Notes: generated by a model not told the origin, from the letters alone. A DNA stretch of 64,000 bases from Bacteroidales bacterium (GCA_016926375.1 JAFGOR010000031.1:4131-68130), one strand, 5' to 3'; counted from the first letter of the stretch, positions 27,701-37,227 are shown. Made by a program: numbers and translations.

Positions 27701-30364
27701 TGGGCCGGAAGACCCATGCGTGATAACCCGGAAGCGGCCAGTATGCTTACTTTCAATTCTGACAAAGAAAAATACCAGGTAGGAGAATTTGCGGAAATCA
27801 TTGTTCCCACAAGCGGAAGCGGAAATGCTTTACTGAGTATTGAAAATGGCTCAAGAATAATCAATACGGAATGGCTTGTTTCAAATGGGAAGGAAATCCG
27901 GCATAAATTCCAGATTACACCTGATATGGCTCCTAATGTTTATGCCCATGTAACACTCGTTCAACCTCATGCCAGTTCGGAAAATGATATGCCCATGAGG
28001 CTTTACGGTGTGATACCGGTTTTGGTTGAGGATCCTCAGACCCGGATTTCACCCGTACTCAAAATGCCCGATAACCTGGAACCTTTACAACAGTTTAAAG
28101 TAGAGGTTAGCGAAAAAAGCAAGAGGGAAATGACTTATACCCTGGCCATTGTTGAAGAGGGCTTGCTGGATCTTACCCGGTTTAAGACGCCCGATCCCTG
28201 GAGCCTGTTTTACGCCCGTGAAGCACTTGGTGTGCGGTCATGGGACCTGTATGACCTGGTTATCGGTGCCTATGGGGGTAAATTGACCAGCATACTGGGA
28301 ATCGGAGGAGATGATGAACAGGTGGGAGGTCAGTCAGCTGAAAAAGCAAACCGGTTCAAACCGGTTGTTAAGTACCTGGGACCTTTTACGCTCAAAGCCG
28401 GCAAAACCAACAGCCACACGCTGGCGATGCCGAATTATATTGGTTCTGTTAGAGCCATGGTAGTGGCAGGAATAGACGGGGCATACGGTTTTACCGAAAA
28501 AACGGTCCCCGTGAAAAAACCCCTCATGGTGCTTGCAACACTGCCACGTGTATTGGGTACCGGTGAATCGGTTAAACTTCCGGTTACCGTATTTGCAATG
28601 GACAACCAAATCAAACAGGTTTCGGTTTCTGTTAAAACCAATGCTTACTTAATTGCTGAAGGCGGCACAACACAGTCACTTACCTTCACCCAAACAGGTG
28701 ATAAAATGGTTGCGTTTGAGTTCAAAACCGCCCGTAAAACAGGTATTGGAAAAGTTCAGGTAACAGCAACAAGTGGCAGAAATAAAGCAGTATATGACAT
28801 TGAATTGGATATCAGGAATGCCAACCCGCCGGTTACCACTTATACCGGTAATACTGTTGATGCAGGGAAAACGCAGGAAATCAGTTTTACCTTACCGGGT
28901 ATGGAGAGCACCAACAGCGCTGTATTAGAAGTGTCCGGAATTCCTCCCATTGATGCCGAACGGAGGTTGCGCTACCTCATCAATTACCCGCACGGGTGTA
29001 TTGAACAGATTACATCAACAGTTTTTGCCCAGCTTTATCTTACAGATCTGATAGAACTGGATGAAAACTCAAAATCAGACATTGAGAAAAATATCAAGGC
29101 CGGAATCAATAAGCTTCAGCGCTTCCAGGTGGCAGGTGGTGGACTTGCCTATTGGCCCGGGAATCTGGTTCCTGATCCCTGGGGTAGTTCCTATGCCGGT
29201 CATTTTCTGATTGAAGCCGAAAAGAAAGGCTACACACTGCCCGCAGGCATGAAATCATCCTGGCTGAAATCGCAAAAGCAATTTGCCCGACAGTGGAATC
29301 CGGTTCAGTATCGGGATGATTCCTATCGTCAGGATGATCTGGAACAGGCTTACCGGTTGTATACCCTGGCCCTGGCAAAAGAACCTGAAATGGCTGCTAT
29401 GAACCGGCTTAGGGAAGTTAAAAACCTCAGTGTACAAGCAAAGTGGAGGTTGGCTGCTGCTTATGCGCTGGCCGGACAAATTCAGGTGGCCAAAGAATTG
29501 GTTAGTCGTGAAACCATAGAAATACAACCTTATACCGGCTTATATTCAAGTTATGGTTCACGAGATCGTGATCTTGGCATGTTGCTGGAAACAATGGCTC
29601 TGATGAACAATCAAACACAGGGGGCCATACTCGCCCGCCGGATTTCCGAGTCGCTTTCCTCTGCATCTTGGATGAGTACACAAACCACTGCCTATTGCCT
29701 GCTTGCAGTAGCCAAATTCACCACCGGCTCAACATCTGACAAGTTAAACTTTACATATAAACTGGCAAACGGAAAAACAAGCAGCGTTTCTTCATCCAAA
29801 CCTTTAACTCAGGTCAAACTGTCTTTGCCCGGAAATGCAAAAACGTTGCCCCTGACCATCAGTAACAAGGGGAAGGCCATTCTCTTTACCCGCATCATCA
29901 TGGAAGGCATACCTGAATCAGGAGAAGAAAAGGAATTCAGCAACAATTTGACAGTTAGCGTGTCCTATCAAACCAGAGAAGGAAAACCTGTAGACGTTTC
30001 TCAGGTAACGCAGGGAACGGATTTTCTTGCCATAGTCAGTGTTTATAATCCCGGAGCTTTCCGCTACCGGCAAATGGCTTTGACGCAGGTATTCCCTCCC
30101 GGCTGGGAGATAAGAAATAACCGGCTTGCTGATGCAGTAGTTTCCGAAAACATCAGTAATCCCGAGTACCAGGATATTCGTGACGACCGGATATATACTT
30201 ATTTTGACCTTGGCAGGGGAGAGCGAAAAACCTTTGTGGTGCAGTTGAACGCAGCATACCTTGGGAAGTATTATCTGCCCGGTATTTATTGCGAGGCCAT
30301 GTACGATAACAGCATTTCTGCCTTGAAAAAAGGTCAGTGGGTCGAAGTAGTCAATGCAGATTAG
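24782..30364 (+). CDS. alpha-2-macroglobulin-family lipoprotein with thioester motif
   Basis: 1860 aa. Lipoprotein signal with lipobox LSAC (Cys26). Repeated macroglobulin-like beta domains. A Gly/charged bait-like segment GGDDEQVGGQSAEKANRF at about aa 1170-1195. Thioester motif GCIEQ (Cys1406, nt 28997-29008). C-terminal receptor-binding-like domain. Confidence 0.93.
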   Translation: MKNQSFHLSCFRLLLFTMLLLNLSACKKQGKSRDSINPGFTEKIAAFTSGVISSESTIRIILTEDCPAAGEGNAPADAGLFKFKPAIKGQAFWVDKRTLEYRPSEPLKSGENYSARFKLGDIMNVKKELSVFEFSFAIVQQAWTVTDEGYQTHNENDLVWNRIKGTVNTADYIDNESIKKYFTANQESEKLKFVWEVGEDRRTFHFRIDSVQRKEEAGKVIIAWDASPDYKEIQGKYEVEIPALSDYKVLDVQVVQQPEQYIQIMLSDPVKKNQNFEGLIFLDQETSLDFSVAGNIIKAFPSSRQNGSCKITIREGLVNIMGYKLKSDCTFDLTFEVPKPAVRLIGKGVILPSSKGLVFPFEAVNLNAVDVKIIKIYENNIGHFLQVNRLDGSNELKRAGKLIHKQKVELGNVPADLGRWNRFYLDLAKLIEPDPGAIYRIEISFKRRYSLYPCEDQDAEEEAVEEESEDEPEAEASYWDSYEEYYDEYYYDYDWDYNWEERDNPCSKSYYTQNRWVARNILASDLGIIAKMGSDQTVFCAITSLVSSKPIKGTEVSVLNYQQQLISSGTTDDNGFVTLSCKEKPFLLIARYEKHKGYLRLDDGSSLSLGAFDVSGSAIPKGLKAFIYGERGVWRPGDTLFLSCILEDKQKVLPPMHPVLFELYNPKGQLYAKITKTSGVNGFYTWSVPTSPDALTGNWNLKVKVGGTQFNKTVKIETVKPNRLKINLTFDAKKLASNKPDTRGEMQVNWLHGAIAANLKTRVAVTLTEAPTSFAKYPAFQFTDPAKSFNMEEIELYEGYLDESGKTTIPGRFSVEQSAPGMLNANFTTRVFEKSGDFSIDRISIPYSPYSAYVGLKTPEGDKRGMLLTDTTHWVDVVLLDENGTALSRSNLEAFVYKLHWRNWWESAGDEIADYIGNTYNRPLVSKKLSTINGKGKFSFRINRPEWGRFYVRVVDPVSGHAAGKIIYIDWPGWAGRPMRDNPEAASMLTFNSDKEKYQVGEFAEIIVPTSGSGNALLSIENGSRIINTEWLVSNGKEIRHKFQITPDMAPNVYAHVTLVQPHASSENDMPMRLYGVIPVLVEDPQTRISPVLKMPDNLEPLQQFKVEVSEKSKREMTYTLAIVEEGLLDLTRFKTPDPWSLFYAREALGVRSWDLYDLVIGAYGGKLTSILGIGGDDEQVGGQSAEKANRFKPVVKYLGPFTLKAGKTNSHTLAMPNYIGSVRAMVVAGIDGAYGFTEKTVPVKKPLMVLATLPRVLGTGESVKLPVTVFAMDNQIKQVSVSVKTNAYLIAEGGTTQSLTFTQTGDKMVAFEFKTARKTGIGKVQVTATSGRNKAVYDIELDIRNANPPVTTYTGNTVDAGKTQEISFTLPGMESTNSAVLEVSGIPPIDAERRLRYLINYPHGCIEQITSTVFAQLYLTDLIELDENSKSDIEKNIKAGINKLQRFQVAGGGLAYWPGNLVPDPWGSSYAGHFLIEAEKKGYTLPAGMKSSWLKSQKQFARQWNPVQYRDDSYRQDDLEQAYRLYTLALAKEPEMAAMNRLREVKNLSVQAKWRLAAAYALAGQIQVAKELVSRETIEIQPYTGLYSSYGSRDRDLGMLLETMALMNNQTQGAILARRISESLSSASWMSTQTTAYCLLAVAKFTTGSTSDKLNFTYKLANGKTSSVSSSKPLTQVKLSLPGNAKTLPLTISNKGKAILFTRIIMEGIPESGEEKEFSNNLTVSVSYQTREGKPVDVSQVTQGTDFLAIVSVYNPGAFRYRQMALTQVFPPGWEIRNNRLADAVVSENISNPEYQDIRDDRIYTYFDLGRGERKTFVVQLNAAYLGKYYLPGIYCEAMYDNSISALKKGQWVEVVNAD

Positions 30365-30365
30365 G

Positions 30366-31457
30366 TCACTTCTTATTGCGGGCTACAAGTTCCATGAATT
30401 CATCAAAAAGAAATTCAGTGTCTTTGGGTCCGCTTGATGCTTCGGGATGAAACTGGGTTGAAAAGAAGGGCTTGCTTTTGTGTTTCATCCCTTCATTCGT
30501 CTGGTCGTTCAGATTGATGAAGAGCGGTTCCCACGCTGAAGGCAGTGTGGAATTATCAATTGCAAAACCATGGTTTTGCGAGGTAATATAAGCTTTATTC
30601 GTGTTTTTCAGAATAACCGGCTGATTGTGACTTCTGTGCCCGTATTTCAACTTAAAAGTGTCGGCACCGGCAGCAAGTGCAAGCAACTGGTTTCCAAGAC
30701 AAATGCCATAAATAGGCGTATTTCCGTCAAGGGCCTTCCTCAGGTTGGCTATGGTTATGCCACATTGTTTGGGATCTCCTGGTCCGTTTGATATAAACAA
30801 ACCATCGTAAGCTTCTTTTGAAAAATCATAATCCCAGGGAACCAGTACCACCGTGGTATCTCGTTGCAACAAATTCCGGATGATATTGTACTTGACTCCA
30901 CAGTCGATTAACAAAATCCGGTATTTTCCGTTTCCGAACACCTTCTTTTCCCGAATGCTTACCTGTTCCACCAGGTTATCCTGATTCGGATCGTACAGTG
31001 GAACATCCTGGTTGTTGTGAACAATTTTGCCGAGCATGGTTCCTTCTTCGCGAAGAACTTTGGTCAATTCGCGGGTATCAATACCATAGATTCCGGGTAT
31101 TTCATATTCCTTCAACCAGTCGCCCAGGCTTTTATTGGCATTCCAATGGCTGTATTCTTCAGTATAGTCCGAAATAATCAACCCTGATATATGCAAGGCA
31201 TAAGATTCGAAAAATTTATACATGGAATCTTCGGTAAGATTACCCGGCACACCATAGTTCCCGATAATGGGATAAGTAAGTGTAAGAATCTGACCCTTGT
31301 ACGAAGGGTCCGTGAGACTCTCGGGGTAACCCGTCATAGCCGTATTAAATACTACTTCACCTGAAACGGATTTTTCACAACCAAATGAAAAACCGTTAAA
31401 CTCCTTACCATCTTGAAGTATTAATTTGATACCAGTTCCTTTATTCATTGAAATCAT
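30366..31457 (-). CDS. carA: carbamoyl-phosphate synthase small (glutamine amidotransferase) subunit
   Basis: 363 aa. CPSase small-chain N-domain (VFNTAMTGYPESLTDPSY) and GATase triad elements ICLGNQLL and QFHPEASSGP. Confidence 0.95.
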   Translation of the reverse strand: MISMNKGTGIKLILQDGKEFNGFSFGCEKSVSGEVVFNTAMTGYPESLTDPSYKGQILTLTYPIIGNYGVPGNLTEDSMYKFFESYALHISGLIISDYTEEYSHWNANKSLGDWLKEYEIPGIYGIDTRELTKVLREEGTMLGKIVHNNQDVPLYDPNQDNLVEQVSIREKKVFGNGKYRILLIDCGVKYNIIRNLLQRDTTVVLVPWDYDFSKEAYDGLFISNGPGDPKQCGITIANLRKALDGNTPIYGICLGNQLLALAAGADTFKLKYGHRSHNQPVILKNTNKAYITSQNHGFAIDNSTLPSAWEPLFINLNDQTNEGMKHKSKPFFSTQFHPEASSGPKDTEFLFDEFMELVARNKK

Positions 31458-31462
31458 GTAGT

Positions 31463-32929
31463 TTATTTTCTCTCAAATGCCTTAATTATCTCTTCCACCT
31501 GCTCAGGTCCGATTTTCTTGGCCAGAATTTTTTTGTCTTTATCCAGAATATAAATCTGGGGTGTGGTGATCACATCATAGTCCGTTTTGAATTTGTAGGA
31601 ATAGGGATTCCAGGCATTGATCCAGTCATACAGTCCCTTGTTGTTAACAAAATCAACCCATTTTATCTTGCCTTCTTCGCCAAAGAGCGTGCTGATAGCC
31701 AGAACTTTCACTCCCATTGATTCCAGGCTGTTTTTATAGACATTATACAATTGGGGAACGACAGTTTTACAATGGCCGCAATCAACCTCCCAGAAAAGCA
31801 GCACCAGGTATTTGGCCTCAATTCCGTGAATGTGATCCATTTTACCAACATGAGGGTAACGGCGTAAGGTGGTATCTGTGGCAGCACTTTTAAAATGTGC
31901 GGCAGGCACAATCATGAGTTCGGCATCGGGAGTAATACTTCCGAGAAGCAGGGGCCTGGTTTTTTCAACCTTGTCTTTCAGTTCGGAAAGAAATTTGGGA
32001 TCACTCCACCAGGAATCGCGGATGTAATACTTGTCGGCAATATGCACATACAAGGCATCCATGCCCATGATGTTACTTTTTCCAAAATGATTAAACAGGG
32101 TAATCAGCACAAATCTATAGGTGTCTGAATCATGACGTGCCTTTTCAATGAGAAAATCCGTGTGGAGAATCAACGAATCCGGAATCTGAGGCACCACCCT
32201 GTTGATAAAGGTCATCACCTTGTCTTCATAAAGCGGGGTTCTGAGCAACCTGGGATCCGACAGGTTGAAATTGTCAAAGTAGTGATTCCGGTAATAGTAA
32301 TACTGCCACGTGGAATCAATAACATGGCCATTTTCATCTTTGGGAGGGTCGGGGACTTCCACATCCATCGTGGTCATCAGGAAAGTTGAAACAAAAAGAT
32401 CAGGATGCTCCTGTCGGATTGTTTCAATCTTGTTTTTTCGTTCGTCGCCCATTTTTTTAACCTGTGTGGTTAGCTGCTCCCGGATTTCAGGAGTGCTTTC
32501 TTTCCGGATGAGTGACATCAGGCTGTCATTCTTCATCCGCAGGGTAATCATGTACTTCTGAAAATCAAGAAATATTTCATTGTCCGGAGAACCCTTAACA
32601 TGCATGGTATTCACAAAATCAATTGTATCGGTTTCAAGCGAGAAGGTCTGATCGTCACCAACAATCACATCAAAATACCTGTCGCTGCGGATGAACATGA
32701 CATACATGCCCGAAGGAAGTTTCCGGCTGTTTTTGAATACCCCGTTTCCTTTGCTGTCAAGTTTTATCGTATCGTCCGGGTACATGGATTTGCTCAGGTA
32801 ATGTCCGAGAATGACCTGTTTTTCTGCCAAACCGTTTATTTTTACCTTGATTTCATAACCCTGACCGTTGCCACTTATGGAAAGCAAACAGGAAAGGATA
32901 AGCAGAATTGAAAAACGAAATCGCACCAT
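31463..32929 (-). CDS. TlpA-like thioredoxin-fold protein with signal peptide
   Basis: 488 aa. Signal peptide, an N-terminal beta-rich domain (GYEIKVKINGL...), and a C-terminal thioredoxin fold with a CxxC active site (LLFWEVDCGHCKT). Stops 5 nt before the carA start on the same strand. Confidence 0.8.
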   Translation of the reverse strand: MVRFRFSILLILSCLLSISGNGQGYEIKVKINGLAEKQVILGHYLSKSMYPDDTIKLDSKGNGVFKNSRKLPSGMYVMFIRSDRYFDVIVGDDQTFSLETDTIDFVNTMHVKGSPDNEIFLDFQKYMITLRMKNDSLMSLIRKESTPEIREQLTTQVKKMGDERKNKIETIRQEHPDLFVSTFLMTTMDVEVPDPPKDENGHVIDSTWQYYYYRNHYFDNFNLSDPRLLRTPLYEDKVMTFINRVVPQIPDSLILHTDFLIEKARHDSDTYRFVLITLFNHFGKSNIMGMDALYVHIADKYYIRDSWWSDPKFLSELKDKVEKTRPLLLGSITPDAELMIVPAAHFKSAATDTTLRRYPHVGKMDHIHGIEAKYLVLLFWEVDCGHCKTVVPQLYNVYKNSLESMGVKVLAISTLFGEEGKIKWVDFVNNKGLYDWINAWNPYSYKFKTDYDVITTPQIYILDKDKKILAKKIGPEQVEEIIKAFERK

Positions 32930-33024
32930 AGCTTGTTAATGATTATCATCACATATTCACAGCCGGCAAAATTAATTATTAATTAGCGAATAAAAAATGA
33001 CGGAAGACCTGTCAGCAGATTTCC

Positions 33025-33032
33025 TATCTTTG
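33025..33032 (+). promoter_or_regulatory. candidate -7 promoter element (TATCTTTG) for the polyprenyl synthase gene
   Basis: Exact TAnnTTTG match, ending 26 nt upstream of the ATG at 33058. The candidates upstream of argR and ilvE have the same spacing. Confidence 0.4.
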
Positions 33033-33057
33033 ATCATTCATATTTACAACAATTACC

Positions 33058-34032
33058 ATGTACACGCTGAGTGAATGCCAGAGTATCGTTAACGAACATA
33101 TCAATAAAATGCAGCTTCCGGTATTGCCGGAAAATCTCTATGACCCCATGCGTTATATATTGAATCTGGAGGCAAAAAGAATCCGGCCCGCGCTCGTATT
33201 GATGGGTTGCAATTTGTTTTCAGACGACATTGAACAAGCTGTTTTTCCGGCACTGGCTATTGAGGTATTTCACAATTTTACACTGATGCATGATGATATC
33301 ATGGATCATTCGGAAAGGCGCAGGAATAATCTTACGGTTCATGTTAAGTGGAATACGAATGTTGCCATACTTTCCGGTGATGCGATGCTGATCAAAGCTT
33401 ATGAATTGCTGAACAGGGTTCACCGGGATGCGCTTCCGGAGATTCTTCCCGTTTTCAACCAAACCGCTTTGCAGGTATGTGAAGGACAGCAGTATGATAT
33501 GGACTATGAAAACCGCACCGAAGTTACCATTGAAGAATACCTGAAGATGATCACTTATAAAACAGCAGTTTTACTGGCTGCCTCCCTGAAAATGGGAGCT
33601 CTTTTGGGAGGAAGCAATGAGGAAGATTCAAACCTGCTTTATGAATACGGGAAAAATCTGGGTATTGCCTTTCAACTCCAGGATGACCTGCTGGATGTAT
33701 TTGCCGATCCTGACCTCTTTGGCAAGGTAACCGGAAATGATATTGTTACCAATAAAAAGACCATTTTGCTTATTGAAGCATTGCGTGCCTCATCCGGAGC
33801 ACAACGGGAAAAACTATTACACTGGTTAAGTCTTACCAATTTCGACAAGGATGAAAAGGTTAAGGCTGTCAGCAGCATATATACTGAGCTGGATATTCCG
33901 AATACAGTAAGGGAGCGTATTGATCAATATCACCGGTTGGCCATTGGCAGTCTGGAACGACTCAGTAAAGAATCTGTCAGAAAAGAGGCCTTGCTTTCAT
34001 TTGCCGGCTACCTGTTAAACAGAAAAAAATAA
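33058..34032 (+). CDS. polyprenyl synthetase, short-chain FPP/GGPP-synthase type
   Basis: 324 aa. Aspartate-rich motifs LMHDDIMDHS and FQLQDDLLDVF. RIRPAL N-terminal motif. Confidence 0.88.
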   Translation: MYTLSECQSIVNEHINKMQLPVLPENLYDPMRYILNLEAKRIRPALVLMGCNLFSDDIEQAVFPALAIEVFHNFTLMHDDIMDHSERRRNNLTVHVKWNTNVAILSGDAMLIKAYELLNRVHRDALPEILPVFNQTALQVCEGQQYDMDYENRTEVTIEEYLKMITYKTAVLLAASLKMGALLGGSNEEDSNLLYEYGKNLGIAFQLQDDLLDVFADPDLFGKVTGNDIVTNKKTILLIEALRASSGAQREKLLHWLSLTNFDKDEKVKAVSSIYTELDIPNTVRERIDQYHRLAIGSLERLSKESVRKEALLSFAGYLLNRKK

Positions 34033-34060
34033 TCCGGTCTGCAGTGCATAACCGGATTAT
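34022..34060 (-). terminator. hairpin terminator between convergent genes, with the U-run on the minus strand
   Basis: ATAATCCGGT (34029-34038) pairs perfectly with ACCGGATTAT (34051-34060) around a 12-nt loop. The A-run at 34023-34029 gives a U-run after the hairpin for the minus-strand DUF2723 transcript. The plus-strand stop codon lies inside the stem. Confidence 0.65.
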
Positions 34061-34080
34061 CCTGATTGCCCTTATCAACA

Positions 34081-37000
34081 TCAAAGGCCGTTTATCACGT
34101 TGGAATAAGCTGTATAATGCCTGGTTGAAACTCCGTTGACCTGGTCACTAATGGATGTCTGGTTGAAGCTTTTGCTTAAATTTATCAGATTCTGCATGAT
34201 TTGGAAATGATACAGGATCTCGTTGTTGATTGAAGCAATGAAACGTGGATTCTGGTCGAGATAATAGGTAAGTTTTTCATCACCAATAACCGTAAGTTTG
34301 TTTACCAGATCATTACCCTTGTCGGTTTTGTTACACCGGTAGTAACCACTTGCAATCTGGATGATGGTGTGATCATAAGGTATTTTTTCATGGGGTGTTA
34401 ATTCAATTACGCGATCCAGCGCCAGAATGGCTTTGGCTGTATCTCCCTGTTCAATAAGTGCATTGGCAAGCTGTACGAACCTGGTTCTTAGCCGGATAAC
34501 AGATGTTGTGCGTACATGGAAATCATCCAGGTACACGTCAGGCTCATTCATCCTGCCCCAGCGGAATTTATTCATCAGGTTGTCATATAGCAGGTCAACT
34601 TCTACCCGGCCTGCTTCATATCTGCCAATACTTTGCGATTTGATGGGTACCAACCGGTAGGCAAAACCTTCAAGCTGCATGAAGTCCTCAAGTCCGAGAG
34701 TCCCTTCATGTCCGATCGAGGCAAAATAAACAGGCCTTTGCCAGTTGTTGTTGGCCAGAATATCCATTACAATCAGTCCGCTTTTGCCCATGCTTCCCCG
34801 GTTATAGGTCCATTCAATAACAGGCACTATTTTATCTTTGTCTTTTGGGCTCACGGTACCATTTTTCACAACCAGCGCCGTATCAACAGGAAGCCTGAAA
34901 TTTCTGGTGGGGATGAAATTATATTTTTCTCCTGTTGATGATTCAACCTGAGCCTGGGGCAGATCGCTGGAGGCAAAGGTCACTATTTCCTTCAGGTCAG
35001 CAGCCTGTTTCATTCGTTCCTGAACAAATACCACATCCCTTGTGCCGTTGATATATTGATTGGGGGTAAGTGATATCGGCAGTACATCAGATTCATATGC
35101 TTTCCGGCGCATCTGATCCACATGCCAGTCCATGTTCAGCAGCATCAGATTCACTACCCTTACATCTGTACGGATACCTTCAACTTCCTGTGCATACCAA
35201 AGCGGAAAAGTGTCGTTATCGCCATTTGTAAAAAGAATGGCATTGGGGGCACAAGTCATCAGGTAATTGTAAGCAATGTCCCTGGCAGTAAAACGACCGG
35301 AACGATTATGATCGTCCCAGTTTTCAGAAGCCATGATTCCGGGAACCAGGAACAGACATAACAACGATGTAAGTACAGCTGTAAACTTATTTCTGAGTTT
35401 TACAGAAAGTGAGTCGAAAATGGCTACTACTCCCAGTCCGATCCAGACAGCAAAGGCGTAGAATGAACCGGCATAAGCGTAGTCGCGTTCGCGGGGTTGG
35501 TTGGGGGTTTGGTTCAGATAAACCACAATAGCAATACCGGTAAGCACAAACAACAGCATGACCACCCAAAAATTCCTGGAGTCGCGCTGCATCTGAAAAA
35601 TGAGCCCGAATAAGCCCAGCAGCAGCGGCAGGAAATAATAGGTATTTCTTGAGGGAATCTGCTTCATGCTTTCGGGCATGTTTTCCTGTTTCCCAATCAG
35701 AACTTCATCAATTGCATTGATACCACTGATCCAGTTGCCGTTAAGCGGATCTCCGAAGCCCTGAATATCATTTTGCCTGCCCACAAAATTCCACATGAAG
35801 TATCGGAAATACATTTGCCCTATCTGGTATGTGAAAAAGAACTTCAGGTTGTTGATAAATCCGGGGGGGTCTTTGGGCGAATTCCGGTCGTATACAGGTT
35901 TTCCTTCATTATCAGTTACTGCATTTCCCTGTGAATCACGCCGCAGGTTATACAACCGGCTTTCTTTCAAACCGGCCCATTCCATATAAACATCTACATG
36001 ATCACGTTCCGAACTCCACATTCGGGGGAATGGGGTGGTAAACCTGTTGTCATACTGATAGGATAGTTTCCGGTTGGTGACCTTGTATTTCCCGTCAATT
36101 GGTGAATAAGTTGCTTTTCCGTGATTGAATCCAACCGGTTCTGCATTGAAATACGGTCCTTTGATTAGCGGACGATCGCCGTATTGCTCCCGGTTCAGGT
36201 AGTACTGAAGTGAAAAAATGTTATCCGGATTATTTTCATCCATGGGCGGATTGGCCAACGATCTGATCACAATCATGGTGAAGGAAGAATATCCGATGAC
36301 GATCATAACAAACATCAGGATAACCGTATTCAGTAAAACCATCCGGCGCTGATGCGTTTTCCACAATCCGTAAACGATACCGCCCAGCAGTAATACAAAA
36401 TAAACAACCACTCCTGTATGGTAAGGAAGGCCGAACCCGTTTACAAAAATCAGTTCGAACCGGGAAGCCAGCCAAATAAGACCCGGAATGATAACATACA
36501 TCATAACACCCAGAATGACAACTGAAGTGAGCAGGGCCTTGATGACTCCGCGGGAAGTAACGGAGTACTTCCTGAAGTAGTATACCATTACGATAGCCGG
36601 TATTGCCAAAAGGTTCAGCAGGTGAACGCCTATTGAAAGGCCCATCAGGTAAGCAATAAGTACAAGCCATCTGTTGGATGATGCCTTGTCGGCTTCGTTT
36701 TCCCATTTAAGCACGGCCCAGAAAACAACCGCAGTGAACAACGACGAACTGGCGTAAACCTCACCTTCAACTGCCGAAAACCAAAAAGTGTCGGAAAAAG
36801 TATAGGCCAATGCACCAACAATTCCGCTTCCGAATACAATGATCTTGTCGCGTGAACTCAATTCTTCAGGATCGGAATTACCCGGATTGGAAAACTGAAA
36901 ACGGTATGTCATCAGCTTAACGGCCAGGTGCGTGATGGTCCAGTAAAGGAACATGATGGTAAATGCACTGGCAATTGCCGAAAAAGCATTGACCATCATA

Positions 37001-37227
37001 GCAACCCGATCCAGCTGACTTCCCGCAAAGAGTGAAAAAAAGCGGGCAATTATCATAAATAAAGGTGCTCCGGGAGGATGGCCCACCTGTAACTTGAAAG
37101 CACTGGAAATAAACTCACCGCAGTCCCATAAACTTACAGTAGGTTCAATAGTCAACAGGTACACCACAGCAGCAATAAGAAAAACGATCCACCCGTTAAG
37201 GTTATTGATAAGCCTGAATCTGGTCAT
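34081..37227 (-). CDS. DUF2723 / TMEM260-like GT-C-fold membrane glycosyltransferase with C-terminal helical repeat domain
   Basis: Start moved to the internal ATG at 37227 (MTRFRLINNLNGWIVFLIAAVVYLLTIEPTVSLWDCGEF...), giving 1048 aa. The N-terminal half is polytopic, with the first-loop motif WDCGEF...GHPPGAPLF. The C-terminal soluble half has TPR-like helices (ALIEQGDTAKAILALDRVIELTP). Confidence 0.8.
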   Translation of the reverse strand: MTRFRLINNLNGWIVFLIAAVVYLLTIEPTVSLWDCGEFISSAFKLQVGHPPGAPLFMIIARFFSLFAGSQLDRVAMMVNAFSAIASAFTIMFLYWTITHLAVKLMTYRFQFSNPGNSDPEELSSRDKIIVFGSGIVGALAYTFSDTFWFSAVEGEVYASSSLFTAVVFWAVLKWENEADKASSNRWLVLIAYLMGLSIGVHLLNLLAIPAIVMVYYFRKYSVTSRGVIKALLTSVVILGVMMYVIIPGLIWLASRFELIFVNGFGLPYHTGVVVYFVLLLGGIVYGLWKTHQRRMVLLNTVILMFVMIVIGYSSFTMIVIRSLANPPMDENNPDNIFSLQYYLNREQYGDRPLIKGPYFNAEPVGFNHGKATYSPIDGKYKVTNRKLSYQYDNRFTTPFPRMWSSERDHVDVYMEWAGLKESRLYNLRRDSQGNAVTDNEGKPVYDRNSPKDPPGFINNLKFFFTYQIGQMYFRYFMWNFVGRQNDIQGFGDPLNGNWISGINAIDEVLIGKQENMPESMKQIPSRNTYYFLPLLLGLFGLIFQMQRDSRNFWVVMLLFVLTGIAIVVYLNQTPNQPRERDYAYAGSFYAFAVWIGLGVVAIFDSLSVKLRNKFTAVLTSLLCLFLVPGIMASENWDDHNRSGRFTARDIAYNYLMTCAPNAILFTNGDNDTFPLWYAQEVEGIRTDVRVVNLMLLNMDWHVDQMRRKAYESDVLPISLTPNQYINGTRDVVFVQERMKQAADLKEIVTFASSDLPQAQVESSTGEKYNFIPTRNFRLPVDTALVVKNGTVSPKDKDKIVPVIEWTYNRGSMGKSGLIVMDILANNNWQRPVYFASIGHEGTLGLEDFMQLEGFAYRLVPIKSQSIGRYEAGRVEVDLLYDNLMNKFRWGRMNEPDVYLDDFHVRTTSVIRLRTRFVQLANALIEQGDTAKAILALDRVIELTPHEKIPYDHTIIQIASGYYRCNKTDKGNDLVNKLTVIGDEKLTYYLDQNPRFIASINNEILYHFQIMQNLINLSKSFNQTSISDQVNGVSTRHYTAYSNVINGL

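Noticed and set aside
13859-34032. Two polyprenyl synthase genes (13859-14836 and 33058-34032), considered as a possible duplicated module or terpenoid cluster.
   Set aside because: They are about 18 kb apart and strongly diverged, and each looks like one of the two standard housekeeping classes (long-chain quinone-type and short-chain FPP/GGPP-type). No terpene cyclase or tailoring genes are nearby.
35863-35869. G7/C7 homopolymer tracts inside CDSs (35863-35869 in the DUF2723 gene and 58677-58683 in proA), considered as possible slipped-strand phase-variation switches.
   Set aside because: The tracts are short and encode ordinary Pro-Pro or Arg-Gly-Gly codons in housekeeping-type genes. No evidence of frameshifted alternatives.
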